A stretch of 64,000 nt of DNA. It comes from an uncultured delta proteobacterium (GTDB lineage: Bacteria > Myxococcota > Myxococcia > Myxococcales > Myxococcaceae). The stretch's first letter is position 1. Each line of letters begins with the position of its first letter. The notes below the pieces were generated by a model that was given only the letters and a program-made list of their open reading frames with translations, ran no database searches and was not told the DNA's origin. The translations under genes and the position numbers were made by a program. Below, in pieces: positions 39,529 to 49,300 of this stretch. The stretch spans positions 512,001 through 576,000 of the forward strand of contig CAVQKE010000003.1 in the NCBI GenBank assembly GCA_963713045.1. Direction: 5' to 3'.

Positions 39529-39734
39529 GCGACTCCGCCGGGCGGATGGGCGACTTGCAGCGAATTCTGCCCGACGGACACCACCGACCGGGAAATCCAG
39601 TGGCAGGTGCCGCAGTAGCTGAAAGCGCTGGTGGGCGTGACGCGGAGGTCAAGCGCCCCGGTACAAAGTGGGCAACCGGCCGGGACGGAGATGTCCGCCC
39701 GGGCCTGCCCGCGGTCTAGCGTTCCCTGAATCAT
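39525..39734 (-). CDS. small Zn-ribbon protein
   Basis: 69 aa, CPLC and CGTC pairs, AGGA RBS, fills the gap downstream of the transglycosylase gene. Confidence 0.65.
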   Translation of the reverse strand: MIQGTLDRGQARADISVPAGCPLCTGALDLRVTPTSAFSYCGTCHWISRSVVSVGQNSLQVAHPPGGVA

Positions 39735-39802
39735 GTCCTGTGCCTAACGCAGCGGCCAGGGGCCGCAACCCCGCCCTTCCGTCCCCCCAAGGGGAGAGGC
39801 CG

Positions 39803-41785
39803 CTAGGGCCGGCGGAAGTGCAAGGGGGCGTACTCGGCCTCGGTGGCTTCGGCGACGCTGATGAAGCCGGCCATGCGCATTTTGCTGAGGAGGTCGCGGT
39901 TGCGGCGCTCCCAGCTGCCGTTCAGCGCGCCGCGCTCGAAGAGGGCGTGGTACTTCAATGGGTTGGGGATGATGGTGGCCAAAAAGACGGCCTGCTGGAC
40001 GCTCAGGTTGTGTGCCGGCACACCGAAGTAGTGCCGTGCGGCTTCGCCAATGCCGTAGACGTTGGGGCCCCACTCAATGATGTTGAGGTAGATTTCCAGC
40101 AGCCGGGACTTGGGCAGCACCGCCTCGAGGGCCAGCGTGAAGAGGGCCTCGCGCACCTTCCGGGCGTACGTCCTCTCCCGGGAGAGGAAGAGGTTTTTCG
40201 CCAGCTGCTGCGTCAGCGTCGAGGCGCCGCGGACTCGGCTGCCCTCAGCGGCGTCGATGATGCTCTCCCTCAGCTCATCGAAGTCAAAGCCCGGGTGGTA
40301 CCAGAACCCGGCGTCCTCGCTGGTGGTGATGGCCCGGCCGACATAGCGCGGCAACTCCTCCAGGGCGACGAAGGAGGGATTCTTGGGTCCCACCCACAGC
40401 TCGCGGGTGCGGCCGAGCGCGTCCACCGGGTGGTAGATGAAGGGGCCGCGGAGGAAGAAGGGGACATTTTTTGAGGCCGCGCGCAGGCCGGTGAGGTCGA
40501 GCTTCGCTTCAACCGTCCAGCGCTCGGGGTCCCGCACCGGGCCCGAGATGCGCACTCGGGCGTCGAGCAGTCCGGGGATGCGCGGGGCTTCGTCGCCGAG
40601 CGAGAGTTGCGGGGGAAGTGCGTCGACGGCGTCCTGGTAGCGGAGCTGGTCGACCTTGGCTTCCGCCCGGAACGTCGGGCCGTCAGCGTGCCCCTCGTAC
40701 ACGCCCTCCACGCCCACCCGGAGGGAGTCGTTCTCGCCAAAGGCAACATGCCCCTCGCGCAGGTGGACTTCGCGCGTCGAGCGCTCGAAGTCCAAGTTGC
40801 CAGTCATCGACAGACGCCAGGGCCCAACCGGTTCAGTGGACAGCCGCTTGCCTTCGAGGACCAGGCCGTCGAGGTGGCCCTCCACCTTGGCTTCTCCGCG
40901 GCGAAGGTCCGCCGGCAGCTGGCCAGTCAGGTGTCCGGAGAGGGTGCCGGCCGTGGCGCGCAGCCCCATCCGGTGGCCCAACATCTCCACCACCGGTTCG
41001 AGCGGCATGACGGTGAGCCAGGCCTCCAGTTGCACTGGAATGTCCCGGCCCATCCGCGCGACGCTGCGCAGCTCTCCACCCCCATGGCGCTGCAGGGACA
41101 TGTCCACCACCCGGGCTCCGGGGCCGCCGTGCACGTCCAGCTGGGCGTCCCAAGTCCCCAGCTCGAGCGGCTTTCCGTCGGCCGCGGACACCATGTCCAG
41201 GCGGAGGTCCTCCGCCTCCAGGCGCGGAACGCGCGCGCTGCCTCCGGCCGAGGGCGTCTCGGTGGCGTTGGACGGGCGCGCTCGGGATTCAATGCGCTCC
41301 ACCAGGGCCCGCAGTCCGGACAGGTGCTCGCCGGGCCGCACCGTCACCGTCTTCAGCTCGACCACGCCTGGCTCCAGCCGGCCGGCCAGGAGGGCCCCCC
41401 ACGCCGGCCGCACCCGGACACGCTCCACCTCCAACACCACGCCCTGGCCGGGGACCGGGGCAATCCGCACCGGCCCGAATGCAACGTGCAGCGACCAGTC
41501 GACGCCGGTGCCGCTGCCGAGTTCCACCTCGCCCAGCCGCGCCGAGAGCGCCGACTCCACCTTGGCCTGCAGTCGCGCCCGCACCCAGTCAGAGTTGAGG
41601 ACCAGGTGCGAGCCAGCCACCAGCAGCAACACTGCAAGGATGGCCAAAAGGGCGCGGCGAATGCGCCGCGCCCGACGCCGCTTTCGGCGCGCCGCCCGTC
41701 GGACGCTGGAAGCCGAGGGCGGCGTCGAGACGTTCGCCGGCTTCGGCGGAGGGGCGGTGGAAGGGATTTTGAGAGCCGGCCGCAT
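39803..41785 (-). CDS. monofunctional peptidoglycan glycosyltransferase (GT51, MtgA-like) with long N-terminal beta-rich extension
   Basis: Basic N-terminus plus TM; ED..F..H.G.D, RGASTLTQQLAKNLFL, RKVRE, YLNIIEWG. Confidence 0.88.
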   Translation of the reverse strand: MRPALKIPSTAPPPKPANVSTPPSASSVRRAARRKRRRARRIRRALLAILAVLLLVAGSHLVLNSDWVRARLQAKVESALSARLGEVELGSGTGVDWSLHVAFGPVRIAPVPGQGVVLEVERVRVRPAWGALLAGRLEPGVVELKTVTVRPGEHLSGLRALVERIESRARPSNATETPSAGGSARVPRLEAEDLRLDMVSAADGKPLELGTWDAQLDVHGGPGARVVDMSLQRHGGGELRSVARMGRDIPVQLEAWLTVMPLEPVVEMLGHRMGLRATAGTLSGHLTGQLPADLRRGEAKVEGHLDGLVLEGKRLSTEPVGPWRLSMTGNLDFERSTREVHLREGHVAFGENDSLRVGVEGVYEGHADGPTFRAEAKVDQLRYQDAVDALPPQLSLGDEAPRIPGLLDARVRISGPVRDPERWTVEAKLDLTGLRAASKNVPFFLRGPFIYHPVDALGRTRELWVGPKNPSFVALEELPRYVGRAITTSEDAGFWYHPGFDFDELRESIIDAAEGSRVRGASTLTQQLAKNLFLSRERTYARKVREALFTLALEAVLPKSRLLEIYLNIIEWGPNVYGIGEAARHYFGVPAHNLSVQQAVFLATIIPNPLKYHALFERGALNGSWERRNRDLLSKMRMAGFISVAEATEAEYAPLHFRRP

Positions 41786-41928
41786 GCAGGGGGATTTCTA
41801 CGGCAAACCCCCATTCTAGTGCCCGCACATTGCGGCCGATGGACACCCCCTGGGTGTCTTCTGGGCGACGGACAGGGGGAGCAAAATTTTGTTGCGCGGG
41901 AGGTCGCCCGGGGCGCAGGGTGGGAGGC

Positions 41929-42531
41929 ATGACGACCTCCGCCTTCCGCCCTGCCCTCCTCGCCGCAGGGGCGCTTTCGTTGGTGTTTGTGACTGGCTGC
42001 CAGTCCTATGACGAACTGGTCGCCAAGGACCAAGTCTGCGAGCAGCGCTGGGCCGACTACCAGGCAGCCTTGCAGCGTCGCGCGGACCTGGTCCCCAACC
42101 TGGTGGAAACCGTGAGGGCCGGGGCGAAACAGGAGCAGGCGACACTGACCGCCGTCGTCGAGGCACGGGCGAAGGCGACGTCCATCCAGCTGTCGGGCGA
42201 TGACCTCGAGGACCCGGCCAAGGTGGCCGCCTTTGAGAAGGCACAGAACCAACTCCAGTCGGCCATCTCACGCCTGCTGGTGGTGCAGGAGGCTTACCCG
42301 GACCTCAAGAGCAACCAGGGCTTTCGCGAGCTGCAGGTGCAGCTGGAAGGTACCGAGAACCGCATCCTCCGCGCGCGCGAGCAGTACAATGCCGCCGTGG
42401 CCGCCTACAACACGGAGCTGAAGAAAATCCGCGGCATCGCCATCAACAAGCTGACCGGCAAGCCCTTCAAGGAGCGGGTGTACTTCACGGCCTCGCCCGA
42501 TGCGCAGACCGCGCCGCAGGTGAAATTCTAA
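41929..42531 (+). CDS. lemA: LemA family protein (lipoprotein type)
   Basis: VTGC, QRRADLVPNLV, YPDLKSN, LEGTENRI. Confidence 0.93.
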   Translation: MTTSAFRPALLAAGALSLVFVTGCQSYDELVAKDQVCEQRWADYQAALQRRADLVPNLVETVRAGAKQEQATLTAVVEARAKATSIQLSGDDLEDPAKVAAFEKAQNQLQSAISRLLVVQEAYPDLKSNQGFRELQVQLEGTENRILRAREQYNAAVAAYNTELKKIRGIAINKLTGKPFKERVYFTASPDAQTAPQVKF

Positions 42532-43316
42532 TGCGCTCGCGGGCGCTCGGCCCGCTGCTGGCGGCGCTGGTGTTGTCCGGCGCGGCCGATGCTTACCACC
42601 CGCCGCTGCCCACCGGGTACGTGACGGATGCTGCCGGAAAGCTGAGTTTCGAGGACCGAGCCTTCCTCGACGCGCGACTCGGCGCCTTCGAGCATGAGAA
42701 TGGCGCCCAAGTCTTCGTCTTCATCCCGGCCTCCCTCGACGGCGATGCCATCGAGGATGTGTCCTACGCCACCTTTCAGGCGTGGAAGGTTGGCCAGAAG
42801 GGCAAGGACAACGGCGTCCTGTTGACCTGGGCCCCCGCCGAGCGGCGCGTCTACATCACCACCGGCAAGGGCGTCGGTGGGGACCTGACCGACGTCCAGA
42901 CGTTTCGCATCATCCAGAAGATGAAGCCGTACCTGCAGGCCAACCGTAACCGGGAGGCGCTGCAAGTCGGGACGGACGGCATCATGGAGGCCATCTCGGG
43001 CAAGCCGCCTCCGGACCCGCTGCCGCGCCACCCCGGCGCTGGGCCAAACGACCCGCAGGTGGCGCCGGTAGGGGCAGGAGACCTCTTCGGGCTGTTGTGT
43101 CCCTTCCTGGTCCTCCTCTTCGTCATCATTCTGGTGGCGCGAGCCCGCCGGCGCGGCGGGGTGGTGCCCTTCCCCTTTTTCTGGGGTGGCGGCGGCTGGG
43201 GCGGAGGAGGCGGTGGAGGCTGGGGTGGAGGGGGCGGAGGCGACGGCGGGGGCGGCGGTTTCTCCGGCGGCGGCGGCGGAGAGTCTGGCGGCGGCGGCAG
43301 CGGCGACAGCTACTGA
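42531..43316 (+). CDS. TPM-domain protein with Gly-rich C-terminal tail
   Basis: VTDAA..L, W.VGQKGKDNGVLL, GFSGGGGGESGGGGS tail; follows lemA. Confidence 0.9.
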   Translation: MRSRALGPLLAALVLSGAADAYHPPLPTGYVTDAAGKLSFEDRAFLDARLGAFEHENGAQVFVFIPASLDGDAIEDVSYATFQAWKVGQKGKDNGVLLTWAPAERRVYITTGKGVGGDLTDVQTFRIIQKMKPYLQANRNREALQVGTDGIMEAISGKPPPDPLPRHPGAGPNDPQVAPVGAGDLFGLLCPFLVLLFVIILVARARRRGGVVPFPFFWGGGGWGGGGGGGWGGGGGGDGGGGGFSGGGGGESGGGGSGDSY

Positions 43317-43462
43317 AACCCGGAAAGCTGGCCCATTCGCCCCGCGGGTTCGCCACCTGGACGGGGGCGCCGCGGCGGCTGCGTTGGGCGCGCCCACCTG
43401 TGTCTTTCGAAGCCTGAATCGCGACGCTTCGGCAGGTGCCTGCTAGCGTACTGCGCGCCCCC

Positions 43463-44785
43463 TTGCTCAACGGCATCTTCGTCGTCCTCGTCGCCGGGTC
43501 CGTCCTCGTCGCTGCCTTCACCGGGCGGCTGCCGGAACTCAACCGGGCGTGGCCCGAGGCCTCGATGGAGGCCGTCAACCTGGCCATCAAACTCATCGGC
43601 CCGATGGTCCTGTGGCTTGGCTTCATGGGCGTGCTGCGCGAGGCGGGCCTGTTGGCGGCGGTCGCCAAGGCGGTGCGCCCCGTCATGCGGCGTCTCTTTC
43701 CGGACGTCCCGGAGGACTCGCCGGCCATCGGCGCGATGATTCTCAACTTCTCCGCCAACATTTTAGGCGTCGGCAATGCGGCGACGCCCTTCGGGCTGAA
43801 GGCCATCTCGGAGTTGAACAAGGGCAACCCCTACCCGGGCGTCGCGACCAACTCCATGGCCCTCTTCGTGGCCATCAACACCTCGGGCCTCGCGGTGCTG
43901 CCGCTGGGCGTCATCACCGTCCGCTCGGCGATGGGCTCGCAAAACCCGGCCGCCATTTTCTTCCCCTCCATGCTGGCCACCATGTCCTCGGCGGTGGTGG
44001 CGGTGGTGGCGGCCAAGCTGCTGCAGCGGTTGCCGGTGTTTGCGCCGGAGCGGGTGGTGCTGTCGGGGGAGCCTCCCCTGGCCCCCCCGCCAAAGGCCCC
44101 GGACGCCGCGGCGGCAGCGGCGGCAGAGAAGGCTGCCTTGCCGCATGCGCCGGCCAGTCCCCTGCGGCGCCTCGTCACCCTGGCCGTTGCCCTGGCGCTG
44201 GTGGTGGGGCTTTTGCGTTCGCTGCTGACGATGAAGGTGGGCCACACCCCGTTTGAAGTCTTCCGCATGGCGATGAGCAGCTGGGTGCTGCCCCTCATCA
44301 TGTTCGCCATCGTCCTCTTCGGCTTCGCCCGCAAGGTGAAGGTGTACGAAGTGGTGGTGAGCGCCGGGAAGGAGGGCCTTCAGGTGGCGGTCTTCATCAC
44401 CCCCTACCTGGTGGCCATCCTGGTGGCGGTTGGCCTGTTCCGCGCTTCGGGGGCGATGGACGCCATCGTCGGCGTGTTGGGCAAAGTCACCGCGCCCTTA
44501 GGCTTTCCCTCCGAGGCGCTGCCGATGGCGCTGATGCGACCCCTCTCCGGCACCGGCGCCATCGCCATTCTGGCCGACACGATGAAGACCTACGGCCCCG
44601 ACTCCTTCATCGGCTACCTCACCTCCACCATCAACGGCAGCATGGAGACGACGTTTTACGTGCTGGCCGTCTACTTCGGCAGCGTGCAGGTCCGGGCTCT
44701 CCGGCACACCGTGGCCGCCTGCCTCATCACCGACTTGTCGGGCGTCATCACCTCGACGCTGCTGTGCCACCTCTTCTTCCGGTAG
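43463..44785 (+). CDS. fused SpmA/SpmB (nucleoside-recognition Gate domain) membrane protein
   Basis: LFPDVP, ANILGVGNAATPFGLKA, RPLSG, GPDS, ETTFYVLAVYFGSV; start may be 43436. Confidence 0.88.
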   Translation: MLNGIFVVLVAGSVLVAAFTGRLPELNRAWPEASMEAVNLAIKLIGPMVLWLGFMGVLREAGLLAAVAKAVRPVMRRLFPDVPEDSPAIGAMILNFSANILGVGNAATPFGLKAISELNKGNPYPGVATNSMALFVAINTSGLAVLPLGVITVRSAMGSQNPAAIFFPSMLATMSSAVVAVVAAKLLQRLPVFAPERVVLSGEPPLAPPPKAPDAAAAAAAEKAALPHAPASPLRRLVTLAVALALVVGLLRSLLTMKVGHTPFEVFRMAMSSWVLPLIMFAIVLFGFARKVKVYEVVVSAGKEGLQVAVFITPYLVAILVAVGLFRASGAMDAIVGVLGKVTAPLGFPSEALPMALMRPLSGTGAIAILADTMKTYGPDSFIGYLTSTINGSMETTFYVLAVYFGSVQVRALRHTVAACLITDLSGVITSTLLCHLFFR

Positions 44786-44798
44786 CCCCTTCGGGGCT

Positions 44799-45053
44799 TC
44801 AGGCCCCGCGCTCCTCGGAAGTGGGTGGCCGCGTGCGGGCCAGGCGGCGCGGGTCCGAGGCGCCGAGAAGGCGGAAATTCCTCCGCGCGGTGTTGAGGCT
44901 GACAGCGTTGGTGCCGTCGGCGAAGTCCGGGTGCTTGGCCTGGAAGGCGTCGTCTTCCCAGCCGCACACCGGACAGACGCTCAACGTCCCCGGCGGCGGC
45001 TCCCGCAGCGTCCAGCAGGTGCAGCACACGCACCGGTAACGCGCCTCCCTCAC
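44799..45053 (-). CDS. CPCC-family cysteine-rich small protein
   Basis: YRCVCC..TL...CPVCGWEDD...G.N.VSL..AR.NF..LGA; GTG overlaps the upstream TGA. Confidence 0.8.
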   Translation of the reverse strand: MREARYRCVCCTCWTLREPPPGTLSVCPVCGWEDDAFQAKHPDFADGTNAVSLNTARRNFRLLGASDPRRLARTRPPTSEERGA

Positions 45054-45865
45054 TGAAGCGCCCCCGTCACCGCCCGCAGCGTGCCCTCCGGGTCGTCCAC
45101 CTGGAGCCAGTGGCCTGCCTGGGACAGCACCCGGAGGCCCAAGCGCCCTTCGGCGGCGAGCGCTTCCAGACGGTGGACGGCCTCGGGCTGCACCGTCGTC
45201 GAGCGGCCACCGAGGATGAAGTCGAAGCGCAGTCCAGGCGGTGGGTGGCTGACCAGCGCCCAGTCGTCCCGGGACAGCGCGTCGGCCAGGAGAGACTGCA
45301 TGGCCTGGAGGTTCGAGCCGAAGACGAAGCCGCCCTCCGTGGGCCGCAGACTCATCGCCAGCCACGCGGCCATGCCCGGTGGCTGTCCGGCCGCCTCCAT
45401 CCGGCTGAGGAAGGCCTGGCGCGAAGGCAGGACGGCCGGAAGGGCCTGCAGGGCAGAGAGCACCTCCCGCGTCGTCTCGCTGCCAATGCCGGCCGGGCGG
45501 GGCCCGGGGTCGGTGTCCAGAATGAGGGCGTGCCGAAGCCCCGGGCGAAAGGCCGTCCAGGCCAGCGCCACCTTGCCGCCCAAGGAATGGCCAAGGACGG
45601 CCTCCACCGGGCCGCGCAGGTGCGTGGCCAGGCCGTCCAAGTCCCCCGCCGCCGCTTGCACGGTATGTGGGGGCGAGAAGCCCGGCGAGTCGCCGTGCAT
45701 CCTCAAGTCCACCAGGGCGACACCCCAGTCGGGCAGTGCATTCACCAGGCCGCGGGCAAACGTCCGCCAGTTGCTGCCTCGCCCCAACAGGCCGTGGAGG
45801 ACAAGCATCCACCGGGTAGGTACCTTGCCCGGGGCCGTCACCTGGCTGTACGCGAGCGTCGGCAT
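45050..45865 (-). CDS. alpha/beta hydrolase (YbfF/ABHD11-like esterase)
   Basis: LHGLLG.G.NW, DLR.HG.S, GHSLGGKV, GHW...D. Confidence 0.88.
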   Translation of the reverse strand: MPTLAYSQVTAPGKVPTRWMLVLHGLLGRGSNWRTFARGLVNALPDWGVALVDLRMHGDSPGFSPPHTVQAAAGDLDGLATHLRGPVEAVLGHSLGGKVALAWTAFRPGLRHALILDTDPGPRPAGIGSETTREVLSALQALPAVLPSRQAFLSRMEAAGQPPGMAAWLAMSLRPTEGGFVFGSNLQAMQSLLADALSRDDWALVSHPPPGLRFDFILGGRSTTVQPEAVHRLEALAAEGRLGLRVLSQAGHWLQVDDPEGTLRAVTGALQ

Positions 45866-45947
45866 GCCCCTCGGGCCGCCCTGGTACCACGGGGGCAGGC
45901 ATTCAGGAACTTGGGGTTGGGGGCGGACCTGCTAATGTTTCCAATCC

Positions 45948-46307
45948 GTGGCTCAGACTGACGAATTCGAAGCAGACTGGCAGCGCGCGAGGCCCTCCAA
46001 GCTGCCGTGGATTCTTCTTATTGCCCTCGCCCTGGTGGGCGGCTTTGCCGTCATCGCCCTCAGCGGCCAGAAGGCCGACGCCGAGAATCAGCTGCGCACG
46101 GCTCGCGAACAAGTGGACGCGATGGGCAAGAAGAACCTTGAGTTGGTTGGCGAAAAGTCCACCCTGGAGAAGCGCGTCTCGGACTTGGAGCGGGAAAACA
46201 AGCTGCTTGCCGAGCGCAAGGTGGAGCCAGTGAAGGACACCAAGGCGGATGGCAAGAAGCCGCCGGCCAAGCCAGCCAAGTCGACGAAGAAGAAGAAGTC
46301 CTCCTAG
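45948..46307 (+). CDS. hypothetical membrane-anchored coiled-coil protein with Lys-rich tail
   Basis: One TM, heptad coiled coil, KPAKSTKKKKSS; codon usage looks coding. Confidence 0.7.
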   Translation: MAQTDEFEADWQRARPSKLPWILLIALALVGGFAVIALSGQKADAENQLRTAREQVDAMGKKNLELVGEKSTLEKRVSDLERENKLLAERKVEPVKDTKADGKKPPAKPAKSTKKKKSS

Positions 46308-46327
46308 CCGCCTCCCGCGGGGCGCCC

Positions 46328-49300
46328 TCAGGCGCTTCTGGCGGCGGCCTTCCCCAACAGCGCCCGTAACAGCTGCCCGGTCGCGGTGTCTCTTTGGGCG
46401 ACGCGCGCCGGAGGGCCCTCGGCCACAATGCGGCCGCCGGCCTCTCCGCCCTCCGGGCCGAGCTCCACCAGGTGGTCGGCCGCGGCGATGATGGTCGGGT
46501 GGTGCTCAATCACGACGAGGGTGTCTCCGCGCTCCACCAGCCGTCCGAGGAAGTGCACCAGCTTCTCGACGTCCGACAGGTGCAGCCCGGTGGTGGGCTC
46601 GTCCAGCACGTACAGCGTCGGCTCATGGCGGGCCGAAGCGGTGAGCTCCGCCGCCAGTTTGAGTCGCTGGGCCTCCCCGCCGGAGAGGGTATGGCTGCCC
46701 TGGCCGAGCTGCAGGTAGCCCACCCCCAACTCCACCAGGCACTGCAGCGGAGCGGCCACCCGCGGGAGGGCGGCGAAGACTTCCCGTGCCTCCTCCACCG
46801 TCAAGTGCAGCACCTGGCCGACGTCCAGCCCGTGGTAGCGCACCTCGCGCGTGGGGGCGTCGAAGCGCATGCCGCCGCATGCCTCGCACGGCGTCGTCAC
46901 GTCCGGGAGGAAGGACATCTCGTGGCTGATGCTCCCTTGCCCCTGGCACGCCTGGCACCGGCCGCCGGCGGCGGTGTTGAAGGAGAAGCGAGCCGGCCCG
47001 AAGCCCCGGGCCCGGGCTTCGGGGGTGGCGGCAAAGGCCCGCCGCAACTCGTCCCACAGGCCGAGAAAGGTGGCCGGGACGCTGCGCGGGGTGCGGCCAA
47101 TGGGCGACTGGTCGACGGCCAGCACCCGGCGCAGCCCACCGAGGCCACTCAGCGCGGTGAAGGGCCCGGGCGGCGCCGTCACTCGGCCCAGGGCCGCGCG
47201 CACCGCTGGAAACAGCACCTGGCGGACCAGGGTACTCTTCCCGCTTCCGGAGACGCCGGCAACGACGGTCAGCCGTCCTAAGGGCAGGCGCAAGTCCACC
47301 TTCCTGAGGTTGTTGGCCCGGGCGCCGAGCAGCTCCAGCCAGGCCGATGCCTCGGGCCTGGCTGCCGGCATCAGCGTCGGCCGCGCCAGGGCGCGGGCGG
47401 TGGGGGAAATGTCCAGACTGAGGACGTGCTCCGGAGGCCCTTCGGCCACGATGCGTCCCCCTCCCCGTCCGCCACCGGGCCCCAAGTCGATGAGGTGGTC
47501 GGCCGCGCGCAGGGTGTCCGCGTCGTGCTCCACCACCACCACCGTCGAGCCCGACCGCACCAGGGCGCGCAGGTTGTCCAGAAGCCGGTGGGTGTCGCGC
47601 GGGTGGAGGCCGATGGTGGGCTCGTCCAGCACGTAGAGGGCCCCGGTGAGTCCCGCTCCGGCCTGGGCCGCAAGTCGGAGCCGCTGCATCTCACCGCCAC
47701 TCAACGTCGAGGCATTGCGGTCCAGCGACAGGTAGCCGAGGCCTACCCGCTCGAGAAATTCCAGTCTGCGCACCAACTCGCCGAGGGCAGTGTCGCCCAG
47801 CTGGGCGTCCGTGCCGTGGAAGTGCCAGCGCCGCACCCGGGCCAGCGCCCGGCAGACGGAGTCCGCCACCACCTCGTGGTAGCGCGCCCCAAACAGGCGC
47901 ACCGCGCGGGGAATGGGCTGAAGGCGCGTGCCCTGGCAACTCCCGCAGGCCTCGCTTTCCCCTTCGGCAACGGCGTCGGCTCCCCCTTCCACCCCCGTGC
48001 CTTCACAGGCCTCGCACGCCCCCTGGCGGGTGTTGAAGGAAAACCAGCGTGGGTCGAGTTCAGGCACCGCGGTGCCGCAGGCCGCACAGCTGCGCGCGGC
48101 CGATAGGAGACTTTCCCCCTGGCCGGACACCAGCCGCACCAGCCCCTTGCCCCAGCGCAGCGCCCGCTCGAAGGCCTCCTGGGGCAGCTCTGCGGCACGG
48201 CCGGTCCACAGGACCAAGTCAATGTCGTGCTCCTGGGACTTCTTCAGCCGCGGCGGGGTGTCGGTGGAGACGCGGACGCCGTCCACCCGGGCCTCCACGA
48301 CGCCGGCGCGAGATGCCGCAGTGAAGACGTCCAGGTAGGTGCCCTTGCGCGCGCGCACCACCGGTGCCTGCAGCGTCAGCTGCCCGCGCACCCGGCGCGA
48401 GCGCTGCCAGAGGGCTTCTGGGGACTGGGGCGCGATGGGCGAATCATCCCGGGGGCAGTGTGCCGTCCCCACCTTGGCGTAGAGGAGCCGCAGGTAATGG
48501 GCCACTTCGGTGACGGTGGCCACGGTGCTGGTGGCGCCGGCGCGGGCCGTGCGCTGCTCAACCGCCACTGCCGGCGGGAGCCCGCGAATGCGCTCGACGT
48601 CTGGCCGAGGCAACATCGGCAAAAACTGCCGGGCGTACGGGGACAGCGTTTCGACGAAGCGCCGTTGTGCTTCGGCGTACAGCACGTCAAAGGCCAGGGT
48701 GCTTTTCCCGCTGCCGGACGGCCCGGTCATCACCACCAGCTTTCCCAAGGGAATGCGGCAGCTGACGTCCTGAAGGTTGTGCTCGCGGGCGTGTTCCACC
48801 TCAATCGCGCGGTCGGTGACGGCGGCCTCCTTGCGCGGGGCCACCACCGGGGCGCGACGGCCGGCTGCCCGGAGGGCCTCGGCCGTGCGTCCCACGCCCT
48901 GGGCCAGCGCCGCAGGCGGGCCCTCGGCCACCAGGCGCCCGCCGTGCCGTCCGCCGCCCGGCCCCAAGTCCACCACCCAGTCCGAGCCGCGGATGAAGCC
49001 CAAGTCATGCTCGACGGCCAGCACGCTGCCGCCGGCATCCACCAGTCCGTGCAGGGCCTGCAGCACCGCCGCCACATCCTCGCCGTGCAACCCAGCGCTG
49101 GGCTCGTCCAACAGGTAAAGGGCCCCCAGCTGTGGGCCGCCCAGCGCGCGCGCCAGCTTCACCCGTTGCGCCTCGCCGCCGGAGAGGCTGGACAGTGGCT
49201 GTCCCAAAGGCAGGTAGCCCAGCCCGAGACGGGCCAGGGGTTCCAGGCTGCGGGCCACGGCTGGGAGGTCGGAAAAAACCGACAGGGCACTGGCGACCGA

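Noticed and set aside
39598..39615. CGTCH as a heme c motif in the 69-aa ORF
   Set aside because: No signal peptide, and a second CxxC favours a Zn ribbon
43183..43313. GGC-rich repeat tract
   Set aside because: Normal Gly-rich tail of TPM proteins
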